64,000 nucleotides of DNA, from contig CAVNZM010000013.1 in assembly GCA_963693365.1 (NCBI GenBank), positions 5,818,640-5,882,639 on the forward strand, written 5' to 3'. The position numbers and the translations under genes were made by a program. Positions within the stretch are counted from its first letter, which is position 1. Every line of letters begins with the position of its first letter. This stretch comes from Amoebidium appalachense. Taxonomy: Eukaryota; Protista; Ichthyosporea. This document shows positions 1 through 19,435 of the stretch, piece by piece. The notes beneath the pieces are model-generated. The model was not told where the DNA came from, did not search any database, and saw only the letters and a list, made by a program, of their open reading frames with translations.

Positions 1-243
1 GGATCGGCCACACGTACACGCGCAGACCACACACACAAATACCTAAAATCTCATCCGCACCCACCAACCCACACCTCCTCCTCCCCCCCCCTCCCCCCCC
101 CCCCCCCTCCCCCTGCACCCACCCACCCTTAATCACACTTCCCTATCCCCCGCCCAGCCCCCGTCCCTTTCACCCACCCACACCCAACCACCCACACCCA
201 CTCACCCCCCCCCCCCCCCCATACCCACCCACCCACTCACCCA

Positions 244-278
<35 letters not shown>

Positions 279-353
279 GCCCATCCACCCCTCACCCCAC
301 ACACCCACACACCCCCACCCCCACCCCCACACCCCACCCACACACAAACCTAC

Positions 354-5325
<4,972 letters not shown>

Positions 5326-6429
5326 GTTGGATTTTTATCAGGCACAGCGGTGCCAAACGGGGCTTAGAAAGCTGTTGATAATCTACCTCTCCAAAGAGGG
5401 ATAAGATGTAAAAGGGAAACTCCCGCTGCACCCACTGCATACGCCCTATTGGCCTTACAAAAGGGTAGCTGAAAGGTGGTGCTACGTCCTTAATTAGTCC
5501 CTTTTCTGCGTTAACCAAGCCTAAGCTGCACTTTCAGCAAGAACCGCCCACCCAGAAAAAAGAAACTCTCTTGTCGCTCTCTCTCTCCCCTGAGTTATCT
5601 TCTCAACACGGACCGGCTTTGATGTTGAGCGCCGCATGAAGTCAACTGACCAAAAAGTTATGCATCGCTTGGTCAGACTATAATCGGTTTTAATCAATTA
5701 ATTTTGTAAGTACTAGTGGCATCAAGACCAAGCAGCTGCTCTTGCGCCGGATACATGGATTTACCGACTCCAATGGAACATTGTTTCATATTCAGGATTA
5801 TTGCTATCGATTGGGCGATGCAAAATATACAGCTGTTTTTATGTCTTCTAGGCTATACTACATGGGTCAGCATGGGTCAACAGACCGACTCATCTGCAGT
5901 AGTTTGCAGGTCATTCACGTATGTCGGCATACACACGGGGAAAATGTTTTTTATCGACGAATGTTTTTTATTGACATCCATGCTGTGGCCAAGTGCCGGC
6001 ACCAGGCCAACAGTACCGTAACAAGGTGAAGAGCTAAGATCACATAAATACATTAACATTTTTACTTTTTGCATCCACGACACCCTTACCAACATACAGT
6101 ATCGCTCATCAGGGACCTACCCATCCATCAAATCGAGATCCCCCATGCTTGTAACATTCGTTCCAATCTCGCCTAACAGCTACACAGACGCGTCCCCAAT
6201 TTCTCATCACATAAACAGGTGGTGCGTATGTGGGTTCACAACAGCGGTACTGCCGTGAGCAGAGTACAAAAACATCTAAAGTGTACTACCTGTCTCAAAC
6301 CTGTAAAGCTAGACCTTCATGTATACTATATGGGTCCTGGCTGGAATAATACAAGCTAGAACAACGATAAACATCGCATTGTGGCGAGCAAGCTCTAACA
6401 CACATACACAGCCCTTATGACTAGCTGAT

Positions 6430-7292
6430 CTACCCAAAAAATGATGTGGTTCCTGTTTGTATCCTCTTCTGGCGCTTATTTTCCTTGTCTATGGCCGTCA
6501 CCATCTTGTCCACCCGTTGCTGTGATAAGCCATGGTAATAAAGAGGTTCAAACAGACATCTCGGCACCCAGCCTGCCCATCCCCGTCCCCCTCCCCCCCC
6601 CCCCCCCCCCCTCCCTCCTCCTCCTGGCCGCCACCACTGGGTCCCTCCGCCTAAGCTTTCCGATCAGCTTACACTACCACATGGAAAAACATACTCTTGT
6701 ACAAAATTTCGACTAACATTTAGCTAGGATCCCATTAAATGCAGCGCCTAAGCCTTCAACACTACGTCAACTGAACGTGGCACAACTGAGCCATGCGAGA
6801 GCAAAAGAGCCATGACTCAATACCTGGAGCTCCGCACAGAAGGCATTCTCTCGGGGGAAATCAAAAAGAAAACAAACGAGATTTTTTTCCGACACCTGCT
6901 CGAACGATCTATCCTGTGAGTGATGCCTCTCACGAAAACTTCTTTAGTGATGTCTAGAAAACGTGTTTCTGGACAGACCGCTCGCTCTTACCTGTATGGT
7001 GGACAGTGTACTGTTGACTGCAGTTATGCGCTGTCTCATCACCACCAGCTTGCGCAGTTGCGCCTCGTAGCTGCCTGGAAGCCGGTTGTTGGCCAGGAAC
7101 TTCTCTAGCTCTGTCGTAGCATAACAAATGTTGATAAGTCAAAAAAGAAAGAAAGAGTGGCTATGCTAACGGTGTAGTGGTTACATCTGCGTGAGCGTGC
7201 ACACACGTGAAAAGTGTGTGTGTCGGGTTCTGCCCATGTTTTAGCATGTGTTCGTGTGAGCCGGCGAGGCTCGAGCCCTCCCCAGAGAGAGA

Positions 7293-7333
<41 letters not shown>

Positions 7334-8578
7334 CATTTATTATGTGATCGTGAGCTGTTCAGTATGATCCCTGCCCTCAGGACACTTTCTGTACGTACTT
7401 GAAAGTTAGCCTGAAGGAACAGGGAATGCCGGCTAGGGGAGGGATGGAGGGGGATGAGTACTGTCAGCCAGCCAGACAAACACGTACCGGCAGTCAGGCG
7501 GTCAATCTCTGTCGCCAGCAGCACCTGGCTCTCCCCCACAGCAGTCGACCTCTCGTCTAGCTCCTGGGCCACGGGCAGAAGCACAGACAGAAGGCCCGCT
7601 GAATAGATGAAGTGTTAGAAGCAGCCCCATATAAAAGTGTATTTGACACAGGATGCGAAAGTGTTAGAAGCAGCCCCATATAAAAGTGTATTTGACACCG
7701 GATGAGAAAGGAAGAGGAAAGGCTCCGTGGGTACAACGAAAGAAACGGGTAAGGAGGGTTATAGGAATGGATCCGAAGGGGGTTATCCCTTCTCCCCCCT
7801 CCCCGTTTTCACAGTGCCTGGGGTGGGGGGGGGGGGGGGGGGAGGGGGGAAGGGGGGGGGGGGGGGAGGGGGGGGGGGGAGGGGGGGGGGGGGGGGTTGA
7901 GGGCTGAAGTTGTGGTATACAGTGCAAAGTACAAAAATGCACCATGAAAGGTGCCATGCACAGAAGGTTATTCAACATTGATACAGGTTTGTGCAACCAA
8001 GGCAAGTAAAGGGATGCAAGCAGCGGCTGAAAGGGGAGGGGAGGGGGAGGGGGGGAGGGGGGAGGGGGGAAGGGGGGCGGGGGGAGGGAAGGGGGGGCGG
8101 GGGGAGGGCAGGGGGACGGGGACAGGGTAGGGAGTAAACCCATGGAGTTCTGACTGTTGCGAAGTGCTACAATAGACATTCAGTGAAGTAAACGTGTCGC
8201 TAAAAGGTGCAATGACAAGGGTAACCGAGTGACGCCTCGACCAGGGGGGTGGGGGTGAACAGTTGAAGGATGTGCGGGAGGGGTGGAGAGGTCGGGTGGG
8301 TGGGGAGCACGCATAAAAGACGTTGAACAAAAGAGATCAGTTCCCGGAGGAAAGACAGGGTCGTGATGGGGGTTTTAGGAAAAGGGGGTCGTAAATTGGC
8401 CGCGGAAAAGAGTAACCTCGAGAAGGGCACTGAGTAGATAACGGGGAAGCGCAATGTGAGGGGAAGAATGGAACATCGAGGAATAACCGGGGACAAGGAG
8501 AGGAGTAGGGAAGAGTGAGTCATATGGGACAAAAGTTGAGCAGGGTTATTGGGGGGAGGGTGGTAGGGGGGGAGGGGG

Positions 8579-8624
<46 letters not shown>

Positions 8625-9198
8625 GGGTATGAGGGAATACGGAGTGGGGAGGGGGGCGGAGCGATAAGCAGCTGATTCAACAGAAAAAAAGGTGCCGAGC
8701 CAGGGAAAGGTAAAGCTTGGCCTTCGTCACTTTTGATGCTTGATACATTTTTAGCGCTATAATGTGCAACGCAAAGGACAGGAACCAGGCGAGCGACCAA
8801 CGGATTTGGTTGGGGGCAGGGGGCAAATCTTTGAGGAGGCGCCCGGGGGGGGGAGGGGGGAGGGGGGGAGGGGAGGGGGGGGGGGAAAGGGTGGGGGGGG
8901 GGGACTATGAAAAAACATAAGTGAAAGGGAACGGGAAAAGAGGGGCCCAGTGTGCACTAAGCCATGCACACGCCGGCCAAAAAGCTGAACCTGCAGGCAC
9001 CATCATGTTTAGCCAAACCAACTGCCGAATCATACCTCACACAACAACCTACACCGGAGGACTAAGCTAATTGCCGTGTTCACAAGCACGTGCAGTAAAC
9101 TCTCTCCCTTGCTACGTTTATTGAGAGGTGCCTGACTTGCCTGCAATAGCTGCCGTGTGGGCGTTTGTATCCGGTGCAGTTGCACTTGTGTCCGCCAT
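6430..9198 (-). CDS. SNAPIN: SNAPIN / BLOC-1 subunit 7 homolog (~125 aa, 4 exons)
   Basis: Exons 9141-9198 (GC donor CAG|GCAAGT), 7488-7598, 6992-7110 and 6430-6519 give MADTSATAPDTNAHTAAIAAGLLSVLLPVAQELDERSTAVGESQVLLATEIDRLTAELEKFLANNRLPGSYEAQLRKLVVMRQRITAVNSTLSTIQQRVDKMVTAIDKENKRQKRIQTGTTSFFG*, collinear with the snapin pattern (GLL..L.P.V..LD....AV.ESQV.L...ID.L..EL). Confidence 0.88.
7610..7710. repeat. Two-copy 49-bp tandem duplication in SNAPIN intron 1
   Basis: AAGTGTTAGAAGCAGCCCCATATAAAAGTGTATTTGACAC(A/C)GGATG(C/A)GAAAG starts at 7610 and again at 7659. Confidence 0.9.
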
Positions 9199-10074
9199 TT
9201 TCTGTGATGTCCTGCTGGACAACGAGGATGTTTCCAAGAATAACGAGAAGAGGAAACACACAACAACTTGAAGTTACACAACCAGAAAAACAAGCGCAAG
9301 TAACTGCATATGTGCTTCTACACCATGCCGATTCCTGGTAGCTAGTTGCACGGTGACTATAACTCTGTGCTGGCTGTGCCAACTTGACGGAATGCTCACC
9401 TTCAGCTGGGCCAGCGCGCGCTAGCCGAGAGCGGCTGGCCGTACAGTCTACTGCGTGTACCTTCTACAATCATGCTTACTATATTTTGAAGGAGGAATCA
9501 CCTCAAAAAATGACGTCAATGGCAGATGGAGTAGGTGTTTGCGCCATCACCCCTGCTGGTATATTTATTATCGTGGCCCACTGAGCCTACCTGCTACCTT
9601 CTGAGGCACGCTCTTATTTTTCAAGGGCCGGGGACGCGGACGACGGCTGATCACAGTGACTCACCTGCCAGCTCGTACATAGGAGGGCACAGTCATACGT
9701 CCAGAGTACGTGCCAGGAGCCTACGGACTCCAAAACCTCTAGACAAAGCATTGTCCATTCTTCACGTTAGTTTGTAATGCAAAAAAATGCCATGCTACGT
9801 AGACTGAACCAATATTAGTTGTGGTGCATGGAAAACAGAGGCGTGTGTGCAACTTTACAGAAGAAAACAGCCAAAGGATCACTTGATCAGAACAGTCCAA
9901 GTTCCTTGCTTGTAGCCAACTACACATATAGGATAGAAGCCAGCCTTGTATGTAGAAAGTAGAAGCGGAAACAGGGAAAGGCTGTCTCTCATTTTCGGCT
10001 GTGGAGGTTCCAAAGAGCGGAGCACGTGTCGGCACACACCACATACTAGGGGCCTTTGCAGATTGACTGTAAAC

Positions 10075-10310
10075 ATGTCAAACCTTGTTCTAGACCCGGT
10101 AAACAGCGAGTTACGGAAACGACTCTCCCAAGAGTGGTATGCTCCCTCCTCTGCTTTTGTTTTCCTTAAATGTGAATATCAACGAGCGAATCACCCGTTT
10201 AAAGGACCCTATGCCCGGGGGAAATTGGGTTGGAGCAAGGTTGGGGTTGGTTACTGAAGATCACGTGCGCCCCCCCCCCCCCCCCCCTCCCCCCCCCCCC
10301 CCCAAACGCG

Positions 10311-10366
<56 letters not shown>

Positions 10367-10370
10367 GACA

Positions 10371-10461
<91 letters not shown>

Positions 10462-11375
10462 GCACATGCACAAACACAAGCACACAAGCACACACACACA
10501 TTCTCAAAGGGATGAGGCCAAGTGGCCTCCTTCCTTACGTTGTTTTTTTCTGTTCATCTTTCATATACGCCCGTACGATCTCGTTTCATGTGTGTGCGTG
10601 TGTGTCCGGAGGGGAGGGGGGGGGAGGGGAGGGGAGGCGGAGGGGGAAAGGGGGGGGGGGGGGGAAGGTAGGAGGGGAAAACGGGGAGGGGGGGGGGAGG
10701 GGGGGGGGGTTTGATGGAAGCTGCAAAAGGTGGTGAACGGGTTTGTGAAGACACCTGACCACTCCAAGATTACGAGACCGCTTCACCGCTATCGCGCTCA
10801 TAAGTGAAAAATACCCCGTTAGCAACCACACGTGCATTGGTGAATAGAGATTGAGTGTCCTTTTGTTAATATTATTATTATTATTATTATTATAATTATA
10901 TCCATTTGTTTGTGTGTATGTCTGTGTGTGCGAGTGCGCGTGTGAGTGGTTGGTGTGTGAATGCGCGTATGTGCCTGTGTGTGTTTGGTGGTGGTTTATG
11001 TATGTTGGGTGGTGGTGAAGGTGGTGGTGTTGGTGGGGGTAGGGGGGAGGAGCGGGTGGTGTGTGTGTGTGTGTGTGTGCGTGTGTGCGTGTGCGTGTGT
11101 GTGTGTGTGTGGTTTGTGTGTGTGTGTGTGAGGAAGGGGGACGGGGATTCGAGGAAGCTAAGGATATCTGTGTGTATTTGCCTAAATTTTCCCCAGCAGT
11201 AGTTACGTGCTGCTCACACTCAGTTTTTGTTCTTGCAGGCTTATGCTGCTGCAGAACACACGGCCAGACCCGGGCGAGGCACTGATGAACTACGTGCAGC
11301 AGACGGAGGCGGCAATATCCACCCAGGCACCAAACATGGTAAAAAGGAAAAAAAGGAAATGAAGGAATGAGGGGG

Positions 11376-11424
<49 letters not shown>

Positions 11425-11733
11425 CTAAGGCCAAATTTGTACACTTTTGAAACCGGAAAAAAGGGTGGGTTGGGTTGGGCTTATCGGTGCTGGTTTTGCT
11501 GGTTTTTTAATTAATTTTTATTTTTATTTTTATTTTTAATTCCTTTGTTTTATGTTTATTTTTTATTTTTTTGGCGCAGGGGGGGGGGGGGGGGGGGGGG
11601 ACTGTGGCTCGAGCTCTGTTACACATTTTTGCTGTCTTCCTGTTAATCTGACATCCTGTAGTTCCATATTAGTATTGTTGGTGAAAGTGTTCTATTTGCC
11701 AACCCTATTTTTCTTCTTCATGATTTGTGTGCC

Positions 11734-11772
<39 letters not shown>

Positions 11773-11799
11773 ATGTGTGTGTGTCTGTGTGTGTGTGTC

Positions 11800-11859
<60 letters not shown>

Positions 11860-12786
11860 GGGGAGGGGGAGGGGGGGGCTTGGGATGTGTTTCATTCCTC
11901 TCCTCTTCACAAAGGTTTAGTTTACACGGTCTATGTTTTGGGAAACGGTGGGAGCACTTCTGTTGATGTGATTCGATGCAGTTACTAATGTGGTTTTGTG
12001 TCCCAACAGGAAATCTACACACAGGCAATGAAAAAACTCATACAGGCTGAGAGTGCCATGATGGAGCAGCTAAGTATGCTGCCCATTTCCCTATCTCTAC
12101 ACATCACAAAAAGTCCAAATGGGTATATTTTTTGGAGTGGGGACTGAAAGGCACACACATGCAACAGGCAATACACTTGGCCGCACACATAGCCAAACAG
12201 GTGTGAAAACACACAAGGGAATCGACACGTGCACAGACAAGCACACCCAACAGGCACAGTGCATGCGCACACGTGCACACAGATGGAACACACATCACAA
12301 GGCACATGCAGGCGCGGGCTCTCACATGCGCATGCTGACGTGCGGGCGCATACACACACGCACACACACATGCGCGCACGCACACACACACACACACACA
12401 CTCTCTCTCACTCACACTCACTCACTCACTCACTCACTCACTCACTCACTCACTCACTCACTCACTCACTCACTCACTCACACTCACACTCACTCACACT
12501 GTGCGACACTGAATAGAGATTGTTAGTATGGATCTAAGTGCGATCTCTTTCTTGCAACCCTCGTACTCAGCCACAGACAAAGTCAAGTGGAGTGTCAAAA
12601 ACAGAGATGGGTGTTTGTATTACTTTTTTTTTGGTTAGTTTCAAGACACAGAAGGTGATGTGTGTGCGTGTGTGTGAGAGAGGGGGGGGGGGGGGGGGGG
12701 GGGGGGGCAGCGGCCAGGAAAGGGTAGAGGCAAATTGTTTTGAAAGAGGAGGAGGGAAGGGGTGGAAGACCGTTGGGAATCTTCTA

Positions 12787-12843
<57 letters not shown>

Positions 12844-13641
12844 TGTGTGTGTGTCTGTGTGTGTGTGTGTGTGTCTGCGTGTGTGTCTGTGTGTCTGTGT
12901 GTGTGCGTGTGTGTGTGTGTGCATGCATGTAGTGCTCGAGTATGTGGGCCACACCTTCGAGTTATGGGTACATTCTAATAGGTACCCGGGGGCACAGATC
13001 AGAAGCGCAGACAGGCCATTACACAGCAGTCCCAGGTATGTGGGCCTTCTTGGTTATTTTTTTAATGTTAATTGTTTTGTGGTGATTAAAGGGAGGGAGA
13101 GAGGGGGGGGGGGGGGAGGGAGGTTGTGCCCTTGGGAGTCGATGTGTCAACTATCTGCATATATAGGATAGAATTCTTGCTTTCCTTACGCTCCACCCTT
13201 GGGAAAAGAGATAGGGAGAGGGGGGGGGAGGGGGGGGGGGGGCTGACGGTGGGTGCTTGGTACTGCATAATTTTTGTGTGTGTGTGCGGATGATTAGAAG
13301 ATCATGCACCGTATTTTCCCCACAAGCCGGAATGCCATGTGAAGTTAAGGAGAGTTAGGCACCGTGTATTTGGGCTTGCGAGGTTACCTGCGGCAGATGA
13401 TGGTGGTTGGGTGGGGCCAGTTTGCATGTGGGGGGGTTGTCGGTGGGTGGGCGGGTGGGTGGGTGGGTGGATGTGTGAGTGGGTGGTGGGTGTTTATGTG
13501 TGGGTAGGGGTGGGGTGAGGATGGGTGTGTGGGTGTGGGTGGTTAGGTGCCAGTGTGTGTGTGCATGATGTGTTGCACGTGTGAGTGTGCGTCACTTTGT
13601 GCCTGCATGGTGTTTTTGGGCTCTTCTTTTCCTTCCCCCCC

Positions 13642-13673
<32 letters not shown>

Positions 13674-15059
13674 TGAAGACGGGACGGATTGGAATTGAGA
13701 ATACAGGTGCTGACATCAGGTATGTTTGGTTTACAGACGATGCAGCTGACACCACAGCAGGTGCAGCAGCTGCAGGCACAGGCCATAGCGGTAAGTGAAG
13801 CACTGGCATGCATGCACTACCAATGCTCGGTTTGTTAGACACACCGTACATGTACGTTGTGGTTTGGGTTCCTGCGTGCAAAACACCCCATCATGTGCTG
13901 TGTATCTGTGTCATTCCCCTTCATCTATTGCGCTCGCATATGCTTGAATGGTGATTCGCCTGTTTCATACCCCCAGTTCTGTTCACCACTCTTTTCACAA
14001 ACACATAACTACCTTTCAAGTGTGGCTCCGCTATGCCCAAAACACAAACAAATGCTGCGAGGTGCTGCAAATATGCGTACAGTCGACCACTACCATTTGA
14101 ACCCTATTCCCTCCTGCCCCCTGGACCCCCCCCCCCCCCCCCCCCGCCGGCCACCCCCATCATCCCCTTCGTTGCATCAACCTTCCGCTTGGGCTCCGTA
14201 GGCCGTGCCTGCAATAAGTGGCAAATCGATCTGCTTTTTTTGCAAGTTGGTGTGTTTGGTGCGAGCGGAAAGTCGGTTACTTTGAAACGTCAGCATATGT
14301 GTTCCAACCAACCAAGAATCGATTTGGTGTGTGTGGTGTGAATAGAGAGGTGTCCACTTGGTCGTACTATAGTGTATGTGGTCACAATAGTAGTGCAGCG
14401 GGCATGACTGATGTCCCCCCCCCCCCCCCCCCCCTTTTTTTTTGTCTATTCCTTCCCCCCAGAAAATCAAGGGCCCGGCGATAGGACAACAGGACGTACA
14501 GTTCAGGCACACCATTCTGCAGATGGTGAGTGCATGCTTGTTCTTCTGTCTTCTTTTTCTCCCGTATTGAAAACCGTGACATAGTATTGGTGTGGTCGAT
14601 GTAGTTCCTTGCCCAAAGGGAGGGGGAGGGGGGGGGGGGGGGGGGGGGGGGTTGCTGCTGGATAGATGTGTGTTGGGCAGGAAGGGGAGAAAAGGGATGG
14701 GGGGAGGGGAGGGGGAGGGGGGGGAGGAGGGGGGAGCAGGCATGTAATTAGTGCATAGTGGCATGCCTGTGGATACAATTTACATCGTGTTGTTTGCGTG
14801 TTATTTGCTGATCGCTATAGGGTGGGAGGAAGGTTGGGGGGGGGGGGGGGGGGGGGGGGGGGGTGCTTACAAGGAAGGAAATACGGGATGGGTTTTAGGA
14901 GTGTTTGAAGAGACTACGTGGCAGTGTGCCTGCACCCCTGACTGGCACATTGCATGGTGTGGACTACTCGGTGTGTCCAGTGGAATTCCCATTTTACGTG
15001 TGTTTGTTTCCGGAAAGCGTGCTTACTGTTTGCACCTCCTAAAGAGTTCCTGCATCAGC

Positions 15060-15125
<66 letters not shown>

Positions 15126-15289
15126 GCACACGCACACACGTCTAACATTATTACCATGTGAGCAGCTTCAGCAGATGCAAGCAGCCCAGGCAGCAACTTC
15201 AGTGGTTGGCGCCCAAGTAGGCATGGGCATGGCCCAACCCATGCAGGCACAGATGCAGCCACAGCACATGCAGGCCCATCTACAGATGC

Positions 15290-15363
<74 letters not shown>

Positions 15364-15932
15364 CGCGGGAGGGGGGGGGGGGGGGGGGGGTGAATGTGTA
15401 TGTTGGTACATGGGTGGCTGGACGGATGGGTGTGTGCATGGGTGGGTGCGAGAGGAGCCGAATGAAATGGGCAGGTAGTGTGTATGTGGACCGATAGGTG
15501 GTTGAGTGGGTGGGTGAGGGAAGTGAGTGAGAATGGGTGGGTTGAAGCGGTTGAAGAGTGTGGGTGATGGGGTAGGCAGGGTTGTGTCGTGTATGCATGT
15601 ACTTGAGTCTTGTTGGGTTGATAATGGGTATAGGGTGTAGTGTCGGTGCCGGTGGTGGGTGGATGCAATGTGAGAGGGTGTGTAATGGCTGAGCATATTT
15701 TGTGTGTGTGTGTCAAATAGGTGGGTAGGTTGGTGTATGTGGTCTGTTTTGTTTATGGAGGGCAAGCATGTTTTTTTATTTTTTGTTTTGGGAAGGAACT
15801 CTGACTGCTTTGGTGTGGGCAGGGATGGGTGGGCACCCTGTGGCAGGTGGTGCAGGCAACCCAGCAGCAGCAATGTAGGTGGCTGGATAGCTACACACAC
15901 TTTGACACCCAGGCACGCACGCACCCACACAT

Positions 15933-15968
<36 letters not shown>

Positions 15969-15976
15969 TTCACACA

Positions 15977-16030
<54 letters not shown>

Positions 16031-16503
16031 CATACACACATGCATGCACTCATGCACAAACACACACACGCACACGTCCACAACACAAAAACATGTGCAT
16101 GAGCAGTCATGCACATTGTTTTCTCAGGGGCAGCGTGTATGGTGTGGTGGCTAAAAGGGAGGTGGGGGGAGGGGGGAGGGGGGAGGGGGGTTAGTCTTTA
16201 TCACGGTGTACTGTGTGCCCCTTTTTACATACTGGTTGGGTTGTTTTGGGGAGATGGGGTGTTGGGTGACACGTGTTTTGGTGTGCTCTTGTATGTGAGT
16301 GTGCACGTGTGTGGTTTCTGCATTCGTGTGCATGTGTGATCTTGGCGAGTGTTTGTGGAAAGTGAAGATGGTGCTTCTGGGTGGATGTGTGGGTAGGTGG
16401 TGGTTTTTTTTTTAGTGTGTGTGTTTGGGGGGGGGGGGGGGGGGGGTTACGAGGGGCTAGGTGGGTGTTGGTGTGTGTGCATGTGGACGTGTGTGTGCAT
16501 ATG

Positions 16504-16541
<38 letters not shown>

Positions 16542-17007
16542 TGCCTGTCTGTCTATCTGTGTGTGTGTGTGTGTCTGTGTGTGTGTGTGTGTGTGTCTGC
16601 GCGCGTGGAGCGGGTTCGCACGTATGTGTATGTCCGTGCGTGTGTGCATGGTCTGTATGTGTCTGTGCATCTGCCTCTCTGTTTGTGTTGTGGTCGTACA
16701 CACTGACACTACATACAGGGAGCATATGCGGTCCACCCTTGGTGTGCCTGGCCCAGACCACCTACCCACCAGCCCATCACCGGGCACCCCAGCAGTGATA
16801 ATTGCTTCCCCCGTCACCCCTCAGGTGCTACTGTCTCACTCCCTCATTCCCCCCCTTTTCCCACCCGTCCTTCCTCCCTCCCTCCCTCCCTCCCCCTTCC
16901 TCCCTCCCTTCCTCGCTCATTCTCTCCCTCCCTCCCTCCCCCTATCTCCCTCCTTCCCTCGCTCGCTCCGTCCCTCCCCTCCTCCATCCCTCCCTCCCTT
17001 GCCTCCC

Positions 17008-17042
<35 letters not shown>

Positions 17043-18799
17043 TCTATCCTTCCCCCCCTCCTCCCCTGCCACCCTGTCCCCCCCCGTTTTGCTCACCTTG
17101 CTTGCATAAGCAACCCTGCTCGTCTTTGATCAAGACGGGTTGACCCACCCAAGTTCAGTTGATGCTGCTGTCTGAGTTGGAGCGTCGTATATACGCGGGC
17201 TAAGGGGTCGAAACTCAGACGCAATTGATGACTTGGGCCCTCCCTGAGGATGGGCTCTGCTTATGACGCATACTGTGCGCATGGCTGATGCTGCATACTT
17301 GAATGTTTGCCTTTGCATGTGTCCTGCACCATGCTTCTCATCGTGTATGCGTACTTCGTACTGTGTTCCGCATTCAAAACCCCCCCCCCCCCCCCCCCCA
17401 CCCACCCACCCACCCACCCACCCACCCCTTACTATGCCCCACTTTGGAGTGATGCTTCATTTGTAGGCGCAGCACATTAGGCCGCACACCAGCACACATT
17501 TGTACTCAAGCTCACACTCACACGCACGAGATGATTAGCACCGTACCACGTTCATGTTGATATGGTTGGTTTCTTGTCGACAGAGGTAAATTGCTCTTTA
17601 ATGAACGTGGATGTAGCCAACCAATTAACCAATCATCACATGCGACGGCGTGCCTGTTGCTTCCATGATTCCCACTGAATGAGTTACTGATTGATAGGCC
17701 CAAAGCCCGTGGGGAGGGGGGGGGGGGGGGGTTATGCTCATGGCGGATGTTTGACAGAGCCAACAAGCAGGCCAGCAGTCACAGGGTACACTCGGCCACA
17801 CAGAGGTGGGTGCATACCCCCCCCCCTTCCCCCCCCTCCGTCGCCCCGTTGTTCTTTACGGTTCCTTCTTGAAGCCTTAGTCTTTTTGCATGGGCTTTGT
17901 CGAACCATACGTCTTGTTCTCTTTCCCTTCCTCCCTCTGCCCCCCCCTCCCCCCCCCCCCCCCCTCCCCCCCCCTCCCCACCCCCCCCCCCCCCCCCAAA
18001 AAAAAAAAAAAAAAAAAGAAAATAAAAATACCCTAACCCCACTGCCCACCCCCCTTCCTTTTTTTGCCCGTGTCACAGCGGTTAGGTTCTCCGCATCACC
18101 TTTGTCATTGTAGTCGAGCTCCGGGACCCTATCGTATCTTTTTATCTCAAATGCCCCCTCCCCGTGCCATGGTTTACCTGCAGGTTTGCAGGATATCTCT
18201 TTGCGCGTTTGGGATTGGTTCTATATTTTTATTTCTTCTTCAGTGTTCTATGACATGGTAATGTGGCACATTGGACTTGCATATATTTGCTCCACATGTG
18301 GGTACCTGGAATTCCAATTTGCTAAATGTGTGGTTCAAAAGTCGTAAACAACCTATTTGAAATGTCGGCAGGTAGTCTGGTATACCTATCATAGCTTAAA
18401 CCGGATGCATATAGCAATTCATCCAGAAACTCATGCCCAAGCAGGATATCCTAACTTTAAGCCCCTCTGTTTTCTTCTACTCCTCTCTTCGTGTTCTCCT
18501 GTTCCCTTCAATGCTTTCACATTATCAGTGTGTCCTTTTTTTTTCCTTCACAGCCTTTACGGTTTTTAAAGTAGATTTCTTTCAAACTGATTTATGGGTC
18601 CTGTCGAGTCAGGCCACGATGCTGTATGATTCACATCATACCAGTCATAAACCGCAAGTCTCTTTCGGGTCTGACCCGACTCGGAATCCTAAAAGAACCC
18701 CCCTTAATAAGATCACCATGTGGGGCACAGGAACACGAGCAGATGGTGCAACGAGACAGAGAACAAGCCGAGGAGATAGTAAGTAGACACCTTCCCTAT

Positions 18800-18836
<37 letters not shown>

Positions 18837-18847
18837 CTCTCTCAAAA

Positions 18848-18883
<36 letters not shown>

Positions 18884-19280
18884 TCACCTTCACCTACCCT
18901 CCCCCTCCCTCGGGCGATCTTTGGGTGGCGAGTCTGCAGGAATGACGGTGGTTGTAGATACCTCTTTTTTCTTTTGTGTGTTTTTTTGATTTGCCACGGT
19001 TGGCGTGTGGCAAGCGCACAGCGGAAAGGGGAGGGGGGGGGGGGGGGGGGGGGGGGGGTGGAAGGAGGAAAGTAGAGGTGTGCGTGTGGGGGGGGGAGGG
19101 GGGGGGGGGGTTTGCTAGTGGGTCACTTGCCTCCGTGTTTGGCATCTTCTTCTCGTGTATGTTGCGTTCCTCTATGCTGGACCATGGGCATGCCTGCTTG
19201 CTATCACCCCTCCCTGCCCCCCCTCCACCCCTTCCCCCGACTTCCCCCCCCCCCCCCCCCCCCCCCGACTCCTCTACACA

Positions 19281-19321
<41 letters not shown>

Positions 19322-19382
19322 GCGCACTCACTCACACACTCACACACACACTCACACACACACACAACATCCCTCCCCGCTC

Positions 19383-19435
<53 letters not shown>

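Noticed and set aside
6860-6913. Alternative last SNAPIN exon starting DRSFEQ
   Set aside because: Exon 6430-6519 matches the snapin C-terminal helix far better and supplies the stop codon.
17084-17380. Family A as hammerhead, HDV ribozyme, RNase P/MRP, TPP or SAM riboswitch, telomerase RNA, or MITE
   Set aside because: Only isolated short motifs match (CUGAGGA, GAAAC, GCAACC, GGGCUC, 6-bp GTTTTG/CAAAAC ends). The required stems or motif order are missing, and there is no TSD or TIR in the other copies.
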